Part shown: piece by piece, positions 35,284 through 44,200 of the stretch | Position numbering within the stretch: the first letter of the stretch is position 1 | Layout: every line of letters starts with the position of its first letter | Assembly (NCBI GenBank): GCA_016218885.1 | Contig: JACRCT010001062.1 | Coordinates: forward strand, 1 to 44,311 | DNA from: Deltaproteobacteria bacterium | GTDB lineage: Bacteria > Myxococcota > Myxococcia > Myxococcales > UBA5297 | Reading direction: 5' to 3' | Length of the DNA stretch: 44,311 bases | The notes under the pieces: model-generated | The model's database searches: none | Seen by the model: only the letters and a program-made list of their open reading frames with translations | What the model was told of the DNA's origin: nothing | Program-made: the position numbers and the translations under genes

Positions 35284-35534
35284 TTCTCTCTCTCGGCGTT
35301 GAAGACGGCACGCCAGAAGCCGAGCGTGCGCTTGCTCAGTTCGGGATCTCCGACCTCCCGGAAGAACTGGTGGATGCGCTCCAGGCCGTAGCGGCGGATG
35401 GCCCAGCGCACGTCCTCCATCCGGCCGTGCTCCAGCACCCTCGCCAGCACGTAGTCGGCGTCGCGCTCGGCGTCGAGCTTGGGAAAGTCCATCTCCCAGA
35501 AGAGCCAGCGCATTCGGTTGGGAAGGCGAGCCAT
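35229..35534 (-). CDS. Small (101 aa) helical partner protein of the AbiEii-like NTase, a putative antitoxin.
   Basis: The ATG is at 35534, and the 521-aa track ORF is a spurious extension. MRWLFWEMDFPKLDAERDADYVLARVLEHGRMEDVRWAIRRYG resembles the small proteins commonly encoded upstream of DUF1814 NTases. I am not certain of the family name. Confidence 0.55.
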   Translation of the reverse strand: MARLPNRMRWLFWEMDFPKLDAERDADYVLARVLEHGRMEDVRWAIRRYGLERIHQFFREVGDPELSKRTLGFWRAVFNAEREKWASPPSWRRTNKRLWVD

Positions 35535-35624
35535 CGCCTCCAATCGTAGCGCGTTCCGGCCGAGTTGACGCCCGGCGTGCGAGACCGTTGAATGGCACGC
35601 CGATCTCCCCGAAGCGAGGAGCCG

Positions 35625-36650
35625 ATGACCCGCAGGCTCAACCCACTCTTCTGGCTCGCCGTCGCGGCCGCGCTCTTCTGTGCCTGTCCCAACGAGGTGG
35701 ACCGGGCAGCCAAGAAGCGCATCTTCTCGCCTGAGGAGCCGCCCAAGGCCAAGCTCGCCGCCGCCGAGCCCATCGCGGTCGACGAGATCGCCGAGAGCGC
35801 CGATTCTACCTACCGCGTCCTGGCCATGAGCGCGGCCGAGGCCTTCGAGCGCATCGGCCCGTTCCGCTTCAAGGCCACCGCCTCGTTCGACTGGACGTAC
35901 GGCAAGGAAGCCGTCTCGCTCTCCGAGCAGCGCTCGCTCGAGCAGGCCAGCGCCTTGGAGTACGCGCTCCATACCGAGAACAGCCGGGACTACGGGATGG
36001 ATCTGGTTCGCTTGACCGACCGCACCTTCGCCAAGAGCAAGTACCACCCCTTCCGCGAGCGCAAGCGCGACCGTGGCCAGTCGGACCTGATGCGCGAGGA
36101 CGTCTTTGGCGCCCTGCGCTCGGCACAGACGCTGCTCTCCAATCGCCTCGCCCTCGTTCGCGACCGACAGGAAGACGTCCTCGGCCGCAAGGCCAAGCGC
36201 TTCAACTTCATGATCTCCGAGAAGCCGTTGCGGGCGCTCGGGCCCGACCCCTGGAAGCTGCCGCCCGTCCAGTACCCTGCCAATGGGCCAGACGAAGCGA
36301 CCAAGCGCCGCGTGGACTTCGAGAACCTGCGCAAGCCCCGCTCGGTCGAGGGAGCGGTGTGGGTCGACCTCGAGACCGGAGTCCCGCTCAAGTCCCAGCT
36401 CACTGCGACCATCATCGCTCCAGGCGAGGAGCAGGACGAGGCACGGCTCGTCCTCAAGATCCAGACGGAGCTCAAGCCCTCGGCCGAGCCCATCGCCATC
36501 GCTGCTCCGGAGTCCTTCCTGCCCGATCAGGACAGGCCCACCGGCATTGCCGCCGCGCTCGAGCGTTTCGACATGAAGCGCGCGGACGCCGGAGTCGCCT
36601 CCGGCGCTCCGAGCAAGCCCGCGGACGCAGAGGACTCGCCCGAAGACTGA
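35625..36650 (+). CDS. Putative lipoprotein or secreted protein of unknown function.
   Basis: The ATG at 35625 gives MTRRLNPLFWLAVAAALFCAC. GC3 is high, and I recognised no domain. Confidence 0.65.
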   Translation: MTRRLNPLFWLAVAAALFCACPNEVDRAAKKRIFSPEEPPKAKLAAAEPIAVDEIAESADSTYRVLAMSAAEAFERIGPFRFKATASFDWTYGKEAVSLSEQRSLEQASALEYALHTENSRDYGMDLVRLTDRTFAKSKYHPFRERKRDRGQSDLMREDVFGALRSAQTLLSNRLALVRDRQEDVLGRKAKRFNFMISEKPLRALGPDPWKLPPVQYPANGPDEATKRRVDFENLRKPRSVEGAVWVDLETGVPLKSQLTATIIAPGEEQDEARLVLKIQTELKPSAEPIAIAAPESFLPDQDRPTGIAAALERFDMKRADAGVASGAPSKPADAEDSPED

Positions 36651-36688
36651 CCGGCCGCCCTCCGAGCAACCGGCCATCCATGTGGCTT

Positions 36689-36708
36689 GGGGCCTTTCGC
36701 AAGGCCCC
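36689..36708 (+). terminator. Stable tetraloop hairpin after the lipoprotein gene. It may be a terminator or stabiliser but has no U-tract.
   Basis: GGGGCCTT tcgc AAGGCCCC forms an 8-bp stem, 39 nt after the stop at 36650. Confidence 0.35.
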
Positions 36709-36798
36709 GCCGGGCGAGGGTTGCGCCGTCCGGCTTGCCACGGGCCGGGCTTGGAACTCCCCGAAAGACAGGGAGTTGCATGAAAACCGGCCAAAAAC

Positions 36799-36826
36799 TT
36801 GCGGGGTCGGGTCTCGCCCGTAGAAT
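36799..36826 (+). promoter_or_regulatory. Sigma-70-type promoter, TTGCGG-N16-TAGAAT, with an A-rich upstream tract.
   Basis: ttgcgg is at 36799-36804 and tagaat at 36821-36826. It is preceded by gaaaaccggccaaaaac. It would give a leader of about 105 nt before the ATG at 36939. Confidence 0.5.
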
Positions 36827-36938
36827 CGGCTGCGTGAGGCCACTTGGGCCTCGGGCGACCGTGCGACCCGGCGCACGGTCATCATGGCAAGGGCCGGTCT
36901 CTACGTCCGGTGACCCAACAGCCGAGAGAGGGGTCAGC

Positions 36939-37256
36939 ATGCAGCGCAAGGGAAGCTCCCAAGTCCGCGAGGTGGTGGAGGCCAAAGAGGTCGGCGCGGC
37001 GCTCGCCAAGGCCAAGACGGTGGCGAGCGAGGACGAGAAGGTCCTCCGCATGCGCTATGGCGCGGGCGTGGCCAAGGACGCTCCTCTCGGTCGTCACGGA
37101 GAGGGCAACCAAGACGTCCAGGACGAGCTGCTCCTCATGGAGATGGAGCTGCTGCGCGCCTACCGCCAGCACCAGAAGCAGCTCACCCAGCACGCTGTGC
37201 CCCGGCAGTCGCGCACCAAGGACAAGATCGTCCGCGCCCTGCGCAAGAAGCACTAG
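36939..37256 (+). CDS. Small (105 aa) protein with a sigma-70 region-4.1-like motif.
   Basis: A GAGAGAGGGG SD lies upstream of the ATG at 36939. SEDEKVLRMRYGAGV compares with REAKVLRMRFGI of primary sigma factors. The C-terminal helix is basic (TKDKIVRALRKKH). Confidence 0.6.
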   Translation: MQRKGSSQVREVVEAKEVGAALAKAKTVASEDEKVLRMRYGAGVAKDAPLGRHGEGNQDVQDELLLMEMELLRAYRQHQKQLTQHAVPRQSRTKDKIVRALRKKH

Positions 37257-37325
37257 CTTCTCCTCGAGCCGGGAGGGCGTGTCTGGCCCAGGCCCGGTTG
37301 GGCGAGCGGCTGGAGGGCCAGCGTC

Positions 37326-38147
37326 ATGACGGACCATGCGCGGGAGCTTGCCCGCGCCATCCGTGACTGCGAAGGGCTCTTCCTGGTGGTCACGGGAGCA
37401 GGCATCAGCCTGGCCTCGGGCATCCCGACGTTCAGGGGAAGCGACCTGGGTGCGGTCTGGAAGCGTGACGTCACTGAGTTGGGGACGGTGCGCTACTTCG
37501 ACCAGGAGCCCGAAGGAAGCTGGCGCTGGTACCTCGAGCGGTTCGAGAAGGTGCTCGGGGCTCGGCCGAACCCGGCCCATTCCGCTCTCGTCGATATCGA
37601 GCGCTGGCGCGTCGCGCGCCAGGCCCCCTTCCTGGTCATCACGCAGAACATCGACGGCTTGCACCGCGCGGCGGGCTCGACGGCGCTGGTCGAGGTCCAT
37701 GGCGCAGCGGACCGCGTGCGTTGCTCGGCCTACGGTTGCCGCAACGGCGCGCCCGACGGCTCGCTGCCGCGCTCGCAGGTAGACCTCTCCTCCTTCCTCG
37801 CCCATCCGACCCGACAGAACGTGCCGCGCTGCCCGGAGTGTGGCGAGCTGCTGCGGCAACACGTGCTCTGGTTCGACGAGCTCTACAGCGGCCACCGCGA
37901 CTACCAGTGGCCGCGCGTGTTGGATGCCTCGGATACCGCCGAGCTCGTGCTGTTCGTCGGCACCTCGTTCTCGGTCGGCGTCACCGAGCAGGTGCTCTCG
38001 CAGGCCCGCGAGCGCGGAACCCCCGTCTACAACGTCGATCCGGCCGGCAGACCCATGCGCGGCGTCGCCCTGGTCAAGGAGCCCTCTGAGGTCCTGCTGC
38101 CGCGGACTGCGGCCGTCCTGGATGCCGACGCCCACCCCACCCGCTGA
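37326..38147 (+). CDS. cobB: NAD-dependent protein deacylase (Sir2/CobB family).
   Basis: It carries VVTGAGISLASGIPTFRG, ITQNIDGLH and VEVHG, plus Zn-binding cysteines (RCSAYGC...CPECG). Confidence 0.9.
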   Translation: MTDHARELARAIRDCEGLFLVVTGAGISLASGIPTFRGSDLGAVWKRDVTELGTVRYFDQEPEGSWRWYLERFEKVLGARPNPAHSALVDIERWRVARQAPFLVITQNIDGLHRAAGSTALVEVHGAADRVRCSAYGCRNGAPDGSLPRSQVDLSSFLAHPTRQNVPRCPECGELLRQHVLWFDELYSGHRDYQWPRVLDASDTAELVLFVGTSFSVGVTEQVLSQARERGTPVYNVDPAGRPMRGVALVKEPSEVLLPRTAAVLDADAHPTR

Positions 38148-38279
38148 CCAGCGAGCCCGAAGTCGAAGGCCACTTTCCTCGATTTCGGCGGTGGGTCTCG
38201 ACTCCGAAAGCGCAGCTGTGCTGTCGCCTCCTTCGCTCGACCTGACCGGACCCGGGGACGGGCTTCTGGGTTTCGAGCA

Positions 38280-39776
38280 CTAGCTGGCGGCGATGGAGAC
38301 CAGCCTCTGGGCCGCGGCGCCGAGCGAGATGGGCCCACCGAGCTCCTTGGCGACGGCCTCCGCGGGAACGGTTCCCCCGCGCGCGGCGATGCGGGTGAGG
38401 AATGGCCCGGTCCGAGGGTTGCGCCACCAGTCCTCGTTGGCCGCTTCGAGCAGCCCCCGTCGCAGGGTCTCGGCCAGGCCGAACCCGCGCAGCGCCTCGG
38501 CGACGGCGAGCCGCGGCTCCACGTCCGAGAGCCAGCCTTCGACGGGCCAATCCACGGCCAGCGCCTTCTGGTGCTGCTCTCGATACAGGCCGCGCAGCTC
38601 GTCGCGAGGGCCCTCGGCGTACAGCGTGCGCTGATAGAGCAGCGCTGCGCATTGGCGCCGCAGCCGCGAGAGGCGCTCGATCGCCACCAGGCGCGCGGCC
38701 TCCGCTGCCTCCTTGGTATCGGCGTTCAGGTAGCGGCGCAGGACCGCGGCATCGGCCAGGGTCTGGTCGAAGAGAAGTCCAAATGCCTCGCGCACGGGCT
38801 CGCCCCCGAAGCGCCGCACCTCGAAGGGGAGCTCGGGGTTGGTCGCGGCCAGATGGTGGGCGCGGCCGAGGGCGTGGAACAGCGCCGCATAGTCGGGCTC
38901 CCCTCCCTCGCGCCCCAGGACGACGACGATCTCCGAGGGGATCTGCAGGCCCAGAGCCGTCGCTCCCGGCGACCCCTGCGCCCGAGGGTGGTCGTCGAGC
39001 TCGATTCGTCCACGGGCGCTGGGGGCCAGGCCCATCGCCTCGAGGAACGCCTGCCCGACGGTGAGCAGACCGCCCGACTTGAAGAGATCGTCCAGCTTCT
39101 CGATCCGCGAGTAGCGCTCGAGGTCGTGCGCCGCGGCCTCTCCTCGAGGCTTGAGGGGGAGCCTGCCGACGACCTTTCTCAGGCCGAAGTCGAACAGGTC
39201 CCGCCAGGCGTCGTCGGTCTGTGCGAGCACCTGGCTCGCTTCGGCAGCGAGCGCCGCCAGGTCGATGCCGGTCGCCGCCGCGCGCAGGGCCTCGTACGAG
39301 CCATAGCCGAGCTGCCCGGCGAGCTCCTGGCACTCGTCTATCCGCCGTGCGAGCGGGAGGTCGGCAGCTGGGAGGACCTGCTGCGCGGCGCGAGCGAGCT
39401 GGGCGCGGCGCTCCCGATCGGGCTCATGCCGCACCTTGCGGCGAACCTCTCCCAAGGGGAGCCTGGCTCCCTCGACCAAGACCGGCCGGGAATCCAATTG
39501 CGCCCGCTCGGCATCCAACGAAGCGGTCCGGTAGCCTTCCAGGACCGTCGCGGCGAGGTCGAGCAGGGCTCGCGCCGTGGCTCTCGAGTCTTCGGAGGAC
39601 CTGTCGAAGCCCTCTCGCGCACAAGCGAAGGCCTCCAAGGAAGACAGGGCGGTGAAGCTCTTGAAAATAGGAGAGAAATCGATGGCAGGGGCGGCGCGGG
39701 CAAGGCGCTCGCGCTCGGCGTTGGCGAGGGCCTGGAACAGGCCTTCGCCCTGGTGGCGCAGCGTGGACAAGTCCAT
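38280..39776 (-). CDS. Hypothetical 498-aa helical protein, possibly a catalytically dead M3 (oligoendopeptidase F-like) fold.
   Basis: The ORF is long with high GC3. ALFHALGRAHH occupies the position and context of the M3 motif LFHEFGHALH, but the Glu and the second His are replaced. This is a weak by-eye call. Confidence 0.6.
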   Translation of the reverse strand: MDLSTLRHQGEGLFQALANAERERLARAAPAIDFSPIFKSFTALSSLEAFACAREGFDRSSEDSRATARALLDLAATVLEGYRTASLDAERAQLDSRPVLVEGARLPLGEVRRKVRHEPDRERRAQLARAAQQVLPAADLPLARRIDECQELAGQLGYGSYEALRAAATGIDLAALAAEASQVLAQTDDAWRDLFDFGLRKVVGRLPLKPRGEAAAHDLERYSRIEKLDDLFKSGGLLTVGQAFLEAMGLAPSARGRIELDDHPRAQGSPGATALGLQIPSEIVVVLGREGGEPDYAALFHALGRAHHLAATNPELPFEVRRFGGEPVREAFGLLFDQTLADAAVLRRYLNADTKEAAEAARLVAIERLSRLRRQCAALLYQRTLYAEGPRDELRGLYREQHQKALAVDWPVEGWLSDVEPRLAVAEALRGFGLAETLRRGLLEAANEDWWRNPRTGPFLTRIAARGGTVPAEAVAKELGGPISLGAAAQRLVSIAAS

Positions 39777-39788
39777 GGAACCATTATA

Positions 39789-39817
39789 TTGACACGGCCT
39801 CTCGGGTGGTTACCGAT
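39789..39817 (+). promoter_or_regulatory. Possible sigma-70 promoter for the FmdB-like gene: a perfect -35 TTGACA after an AT-rich tract, with a weak -10.
   Basis: attatatTTGACA is followed by 17 nt and then accgat. A GTGAGGA SD lies 8 nt upstream of the ATG at 39851. Confidence 0.3.
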
Positions 39818-39850
39818 CTGGCCGCGCGAGACGAAGTGAGGACAGCCGCT

Positions 39851-40153
39851 ATGCCTATCTACGAATACGAGTGCGGGACCTGCGGCAAGTTCGAGGTGTT
39901 GCAGAAGATCAGCGAAGATCCGCTCAGCAGTTGTGAGACTTGCGGAAAGCCGGTCCATCGCCTGGTCAGCCTGAGCTCTTTCGCCCTGGTCGGTGGTGGC
40001 TGGTACAAGGATCTCTACAGCTCGACGCCGAACAAGGCGTCGTCTGCAAGCGACTCGAGCGCGCCAGCGCCTTCATCCACCTCGTCGGCGAGCGAGTCCA
40101 AGCCCGCGAAGCCCGAGAAGAAGACCGAGAAGGCCTCTCCCGCCGCTGCCTAG
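39851..40153 (+). CDS. FmdB-family zinc-ribbon protein (CxxC_CxxC_SSSS) with a Ser/Pro/Lys-rich tail.
   Basis: It reads MPIYEYECGTCGKFEVLQKISEDPLSSCETCGKPVHRLVS. Confidence 0.9.
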   Translation: MPIYEYECGTCGKFEVLQKISEDPLSSCETCGKPVHRLVSLSSFALVGGGWYKDLYSSTPNKASSASDSSAPAPSSTSSASESKPAKPEKKTEKASPAAA

Positions 40154-40171
40154 CTTCCTCGCTAGTTTGCC

Positions 40172-41179
40172 TCAGGCGATGCAGGTGAACTGGTCCCCCT
40201 CGAGCCAGCCTTTGCCCGCCAGGTGCTCGCGAATGAGCGCCCGTGCGCCCCTGGTTCCCACGGCCGCCACGAGATGAACTCCGTTGAAGCCTCCCAGCGA
40301 CTGGGGAGCGACCACGTCGACCCCCTGTAGGGGGTGGCCGATCTTGGCGGGGTCGACATCCACGAGGAGCTCGACGCCCATCCCCTCCACCGCCAGCGCC
40401 CGTATCAGCGCTCGTCCGGTCTTCCCTGCGCCCCAGACGATGCAGCGGCCAGCGGCGAGCGGCCCCCTGGCGAGGTAGTGCGCCTTCAGGCGCAGGATCG
40501 CCGCGGGTGAGTAGGCCGGCGAGGTCCGAGTCAGGCGCTGAGGCCCGTCGCGCCAGCGCAGCAGCACCTCGGGAAGGTTCGCCAGCGGGTATCCGCGGGC
40601 GATGAGCTCGAGCCAGAGCGCGTAGTCCTCCGGCCAGCCGTCGTCGTGCCAGCCTCCCACCTCGCGCAGGACGGCGGCGCGTACCACGGTCGCCGGGTGC
40701 ACCAGAGGGCTCTCGATGAAGCGCTCCCGCCGAACATCGGCCGGGCTCTCGATGGCGTTGAGCCACGATTCATAGGCCTTGAGCCCCTCGGTCAGCTCCT
40801 TGCGCGGGAAGATCTCCACCCGGCTGCCGACCCCGGCCAGCTCCGGCCTCCGTTCGAGCTCGGCGACCTGGCACGCCAGGCGCTGCGGCAGCGCCACGTC
40901 GTCGGCATCCATGCGGGCTACCAGCGGTGCGCGGCAGAGCTCGAGTCCCGCATTCAGGGCGGCGCAGATGCCTCGGCCCGGCCCCTTCACGACCCGCACC
41001 CGCCGGTCTCGTCGCGCCGCGTCCGCGAGCAGCGACCCCGTGCCGTCGGTCGAGGCGTCGTCGACGGCCATCAGCTCGAAGTCGCCGAAGGTCTGCCCGA
41101 GCAGCGATTCCAAGGCCTCGCCAACGAAGGCCTGCGCGTTGCGCGCCGGCATGAGGATGCTGAGAGGTGGCGACGCCAT
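40172..41179 (-). CDS. GT2 glycosyltransferase with a C-terminal Rossmann-like extension.
   Basis: The ATG is at 41179. It reads LSILMPARNAQAFVGEALESLLGQTFGDFELMAVDDASTDGT..ARMDADD. The tail is IVWGAGKTGRALIRAL. Confidence 0.85.
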   Translation of the reverse strand: MASPPLSILMPARNAQAFVGEALESLLGQTFGDFELMAVDDASTDGTGSLLADAARRDRRVRVVKGPGRGICAALNAGLELCRAPLVARMDADDVALPQRLACQVAELERRPELAGVGSRVEIFPRKELTEGLKAYESWLNAIESPADVRRERFIESPLVHPATVVRAAVLREVGGWHDDGWPEDYALWLELIARGYPLANLPEVLLRWRDGPQRLTRTSPAYSPAAILRLKAHYLARGPLAAGRCIVWGAGKTGRALIRALAVEGMGVELLVDVDPAKIGHPLQGVDVVAPQSLGGFNGVHLVAAVGTRGARALIREHLAGKGWLEGDQFTCIA

Positions 41180-41228
41180 GCGATGAATGGCCCGGGCGGA
41201 GGCGCTACGGTACACTTTCCCGGCACCG

Positions 41229-44200
41229 ATGGGCGAGCGCACTCCAATAGAACGGCCAACCGCTGATGGGTCGCTGTCTGGCATCCCGGACGACGGCCGC
41301 GCACGCACCCAGCCGTTCGAGCCGTTGGGCCAGAGCGGGGAGCGCGACGCCACGGTCAAGATCAACGTCGAGCAGCTCGATGAGCGGTCGCAGCTCAGCT
41401 CCCCGACCCCCATCGCGCTGGCCTTCCACCGCCGGGTGGCAGCACGGCTGCTCAGGGACGGAGCTGCCGACCGCGCCTTCGCCGAGCTGATGCGCGGCCT
41501 GCAGGAGTTCCCCGTCGACGGCGCCTACGCTGCGGAGCTGGTCATGGTCGCGCGGCAGGCGGGCGCAGAGGTGGCGGCTGCCGCTGGCCTCGAGCACGCC
41601 CTGGGCAGGGCTGCGCCGGAGCAACGCTCCGCCCTGCGCCGCCGGCTCGCCCGCGTCTACCGCCGCCTTGGGCGCTGGCACCAGGCGCGCGATCACCTGC
41701 TGCACGCGCTGCGCGAAGACCCTCGCGACGTGCGCGCTCGGCGCCAGCTCGTGCTCGTCACCCTCCAGCAAGGAGACTACCCGCTGGCCGCGGAGCAGCT
41801 GGCCGCACAGGCTGACGAGGCCGCTCACCGCAGCCGCTTTCGCGCGGCCTCGCGCCATGCCTTGGTGCGCGCGCGGCTCGTGGAAGAGCGGCTCGCCGAC
41901 CTCCTCGGGGCCGCTGCTGCCTACCGGCAGGCGGCCGAGTATGCGCGCAACGTCAATGACGTAGCGGCGGTCTTCTCCGCGCGGATCCTGGCGGCGCGGG
42001 CCCTGGTTGCGGGCCAGGCACCTCCGCCGCAGGTCGAGAGCGCGCTGCGCGACCTCGCCGAGGCGGGCCGCGAAGCTCACCGCGAAAGCGAGGCTGCGGC
42101 CATCGCCGCGGAGATCGGGCGCAGCGCCGGCCTGGACCAGGCCAGGACCGCGGCGCTCCTCTCAGACGCGGCGCTGGCGCAGGGCGCGCCCCAGGAGGCC
42201 AACGCGCTGCTCGAGCCCGAACCCGCCGATGCCTCCCAGGCCAACCGACTGGAGAGCCACTTCATCGGCCGCGGGGCTTGGGGAGACCTCGCTGCCCACT
42301 ACCGTGAGCGCGCCGCGCGCGAGCCCGGCGCGACGGCCAAGGCGGAGCTGCTCCACAAGCTCGCTGAGCTCCTCGAGGATGAGCTCGCGGACCGCATCGG
42401 GGCCGCGGAGGTCTACTCCGAGATCGTTGCGCTCACCGGCGACCCGACGGCGCTCGTGTCCCAGGTGCGCCTGCTGTCCGCCTCCACCGATCCCGCTGCC
42501 GTCCATATGGCGCTCGACGCCGCGGTCCGTACCGCTCGCGAGCCCCAGTCCCGTGCCGAGGCGCTCCTGCTGCGCGCAGAGGTCCACCTGGGCGCTCGCC
42601 GCCTCGACAGGGCGTGCCCTGACTTCGAGGCCGCGCTCGCCCTGGCCCCCGACAACCTGCGCGCGCTGTCCGGGCTCGCCGAATGCCGTGCCGACCGGCC
42701 GATGATCGAGCGCCTGGATGAGGCTGTGCAGACCCTGCCCCGCGGGGCGGCCAACAGGGTCACGCTGCTGCGGCGCCTGGCGCGGCTGCTCGAGTGGCCG
42801 CTGGCAGAGGAGCTGCGTGCCCGCCATGCCTGGCGGGAGGTGCAGGCCGAGAGCCCCTCCGACGCCGAGGCCGAAGGTCGCCTCATCGAGCTGGCGCGGC
42901 AGGCCAACGATCGCGAGGACTTGATCCAGCTGCTGCGCCGCCACCTGGCCCGCGAGCCGCGCGGCGTTGCCGCACGCCAGGCCCGGCACGAGCTCGCTCA
43001 GGTCTTGGAGAGCATCGGCCGCGACGAGGAGGCGCTCGAGGTGTGGAGGATGGCGGCGCGCATGGAGCCGGGAGACGCCGTCGCGCTGGTCGCGCTCGCC
43101 GACCGCTGCGAGGTTCGTGGCCGATTCTCCGAGACGGCCATGGCGCTGGAGGGAGCCGCGGCAGCCACCGAGCTTGGCCCCGAGCGCGCCGCCCTGTGGC
43201 GCAGGCTGGGCCGGCTCTGTCGCGACTGCCTGGCCGATCCGGCGCGCGCCGCGGTCTGCGAGGAGAGGGCGCGTCAGCTCCTGACGCCTCCTTCGCCGCC
43301 AACGGTTTCGGTTGCCGCGCGCCGCACCTCGCAGGAGCTGCCGCAGTTGGAGGCCGGCCCTCCCTCGTCGGCAGAGCGGCCGGTCTCCAAGCCCCTGACC
43401 GATCTGGGCGAGGAACGGCTTCGTGCGGCCACCGAGCCGGAGATCGCGCTCGTGGGGCAGGAGATCGACCCCGACGAGGTCGAGATCAAGACCGGAGACA
43501 TCCTCTCCGTGGTGTCGGTGGACGACTACACGCCGCTGACCCGGCTGCCGCCTCCGGGTGGACCCGACCTGGGCCAAACGCCGGTCGCCGCCTCTCCCCT
43601 CGCGCCCTCCGAGCCGATGCCTGCAGCCTCGCCGGCACCGCGCCCAGCCCGGAAGGGCATCGGTCATCAGGAGACCGACGACTCGTTCAAGCGCGAGCCT
43701 TCGTCTGTTCCGCCGCGCGAGCGCGACCTGACCGAGAGCGGCATTCGCACACGACGGTCGAGCGCTCGGCGCAAGTCGTCGGAGGAGCCGAAGCTGTTGG
43801 CCCGCATCGCCGCGGACCCCCTCGAGGCGGGCTCCTATCTGCTGCTCGCGGAGATCTACGAGCGCTCGCGAGAGAGCGCCCGCGCCTCGCTGATGGTGGA
43901 GATTGGCCGTGCCCTGGAGGGCGACCCATTCGCCGAGCCGCTGCTGCCGCACTACACCCTCAATGCCACCGATTGGGCCTCGATGCGCCACCCCGAGCTG
44001 CGGGGAGCCGGGGCCGACCTCTTCGCCATCGTCGGCCTCGCCTTCTGCTCGCTCGACGCGCTGCTTCCCAAGGAGGCGGGCGTGCGGCGCGCCTTCTCGA
44101 TGGAAGAGAGCCTGGGAACGCGCGCCACCGCCGAGGCTCTTCTCTGCGCAGTGCGGGTGCTGGGCATGCGCTCACCCGATGTCGGCGCCGGGTCGATCGA

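Noticed and set aside
36757-36786. TTGGAACTCCCCGAAAGACAGGGAGTTGCATG, which superficially contains GG...TTGCA (sigma-54) and GGAAC (ECF) elements.
   Set aside because: The GG-to-GC spacing is 25 nt rather than 12. No CGT-type -10 lies at 16-17 nt from the GGAAC. The TTGCGG-N16-TAGAAT promoter just downstream explains the region better.
38148-38279. An imperfect inverted repeat (ccgaagtcgaagg / cctcgatttcgg) between the convergent cobB and 498-aa genes, considered as a terminator.
   Set aside because: The stem has several mismatches and no U-tract on either strand.
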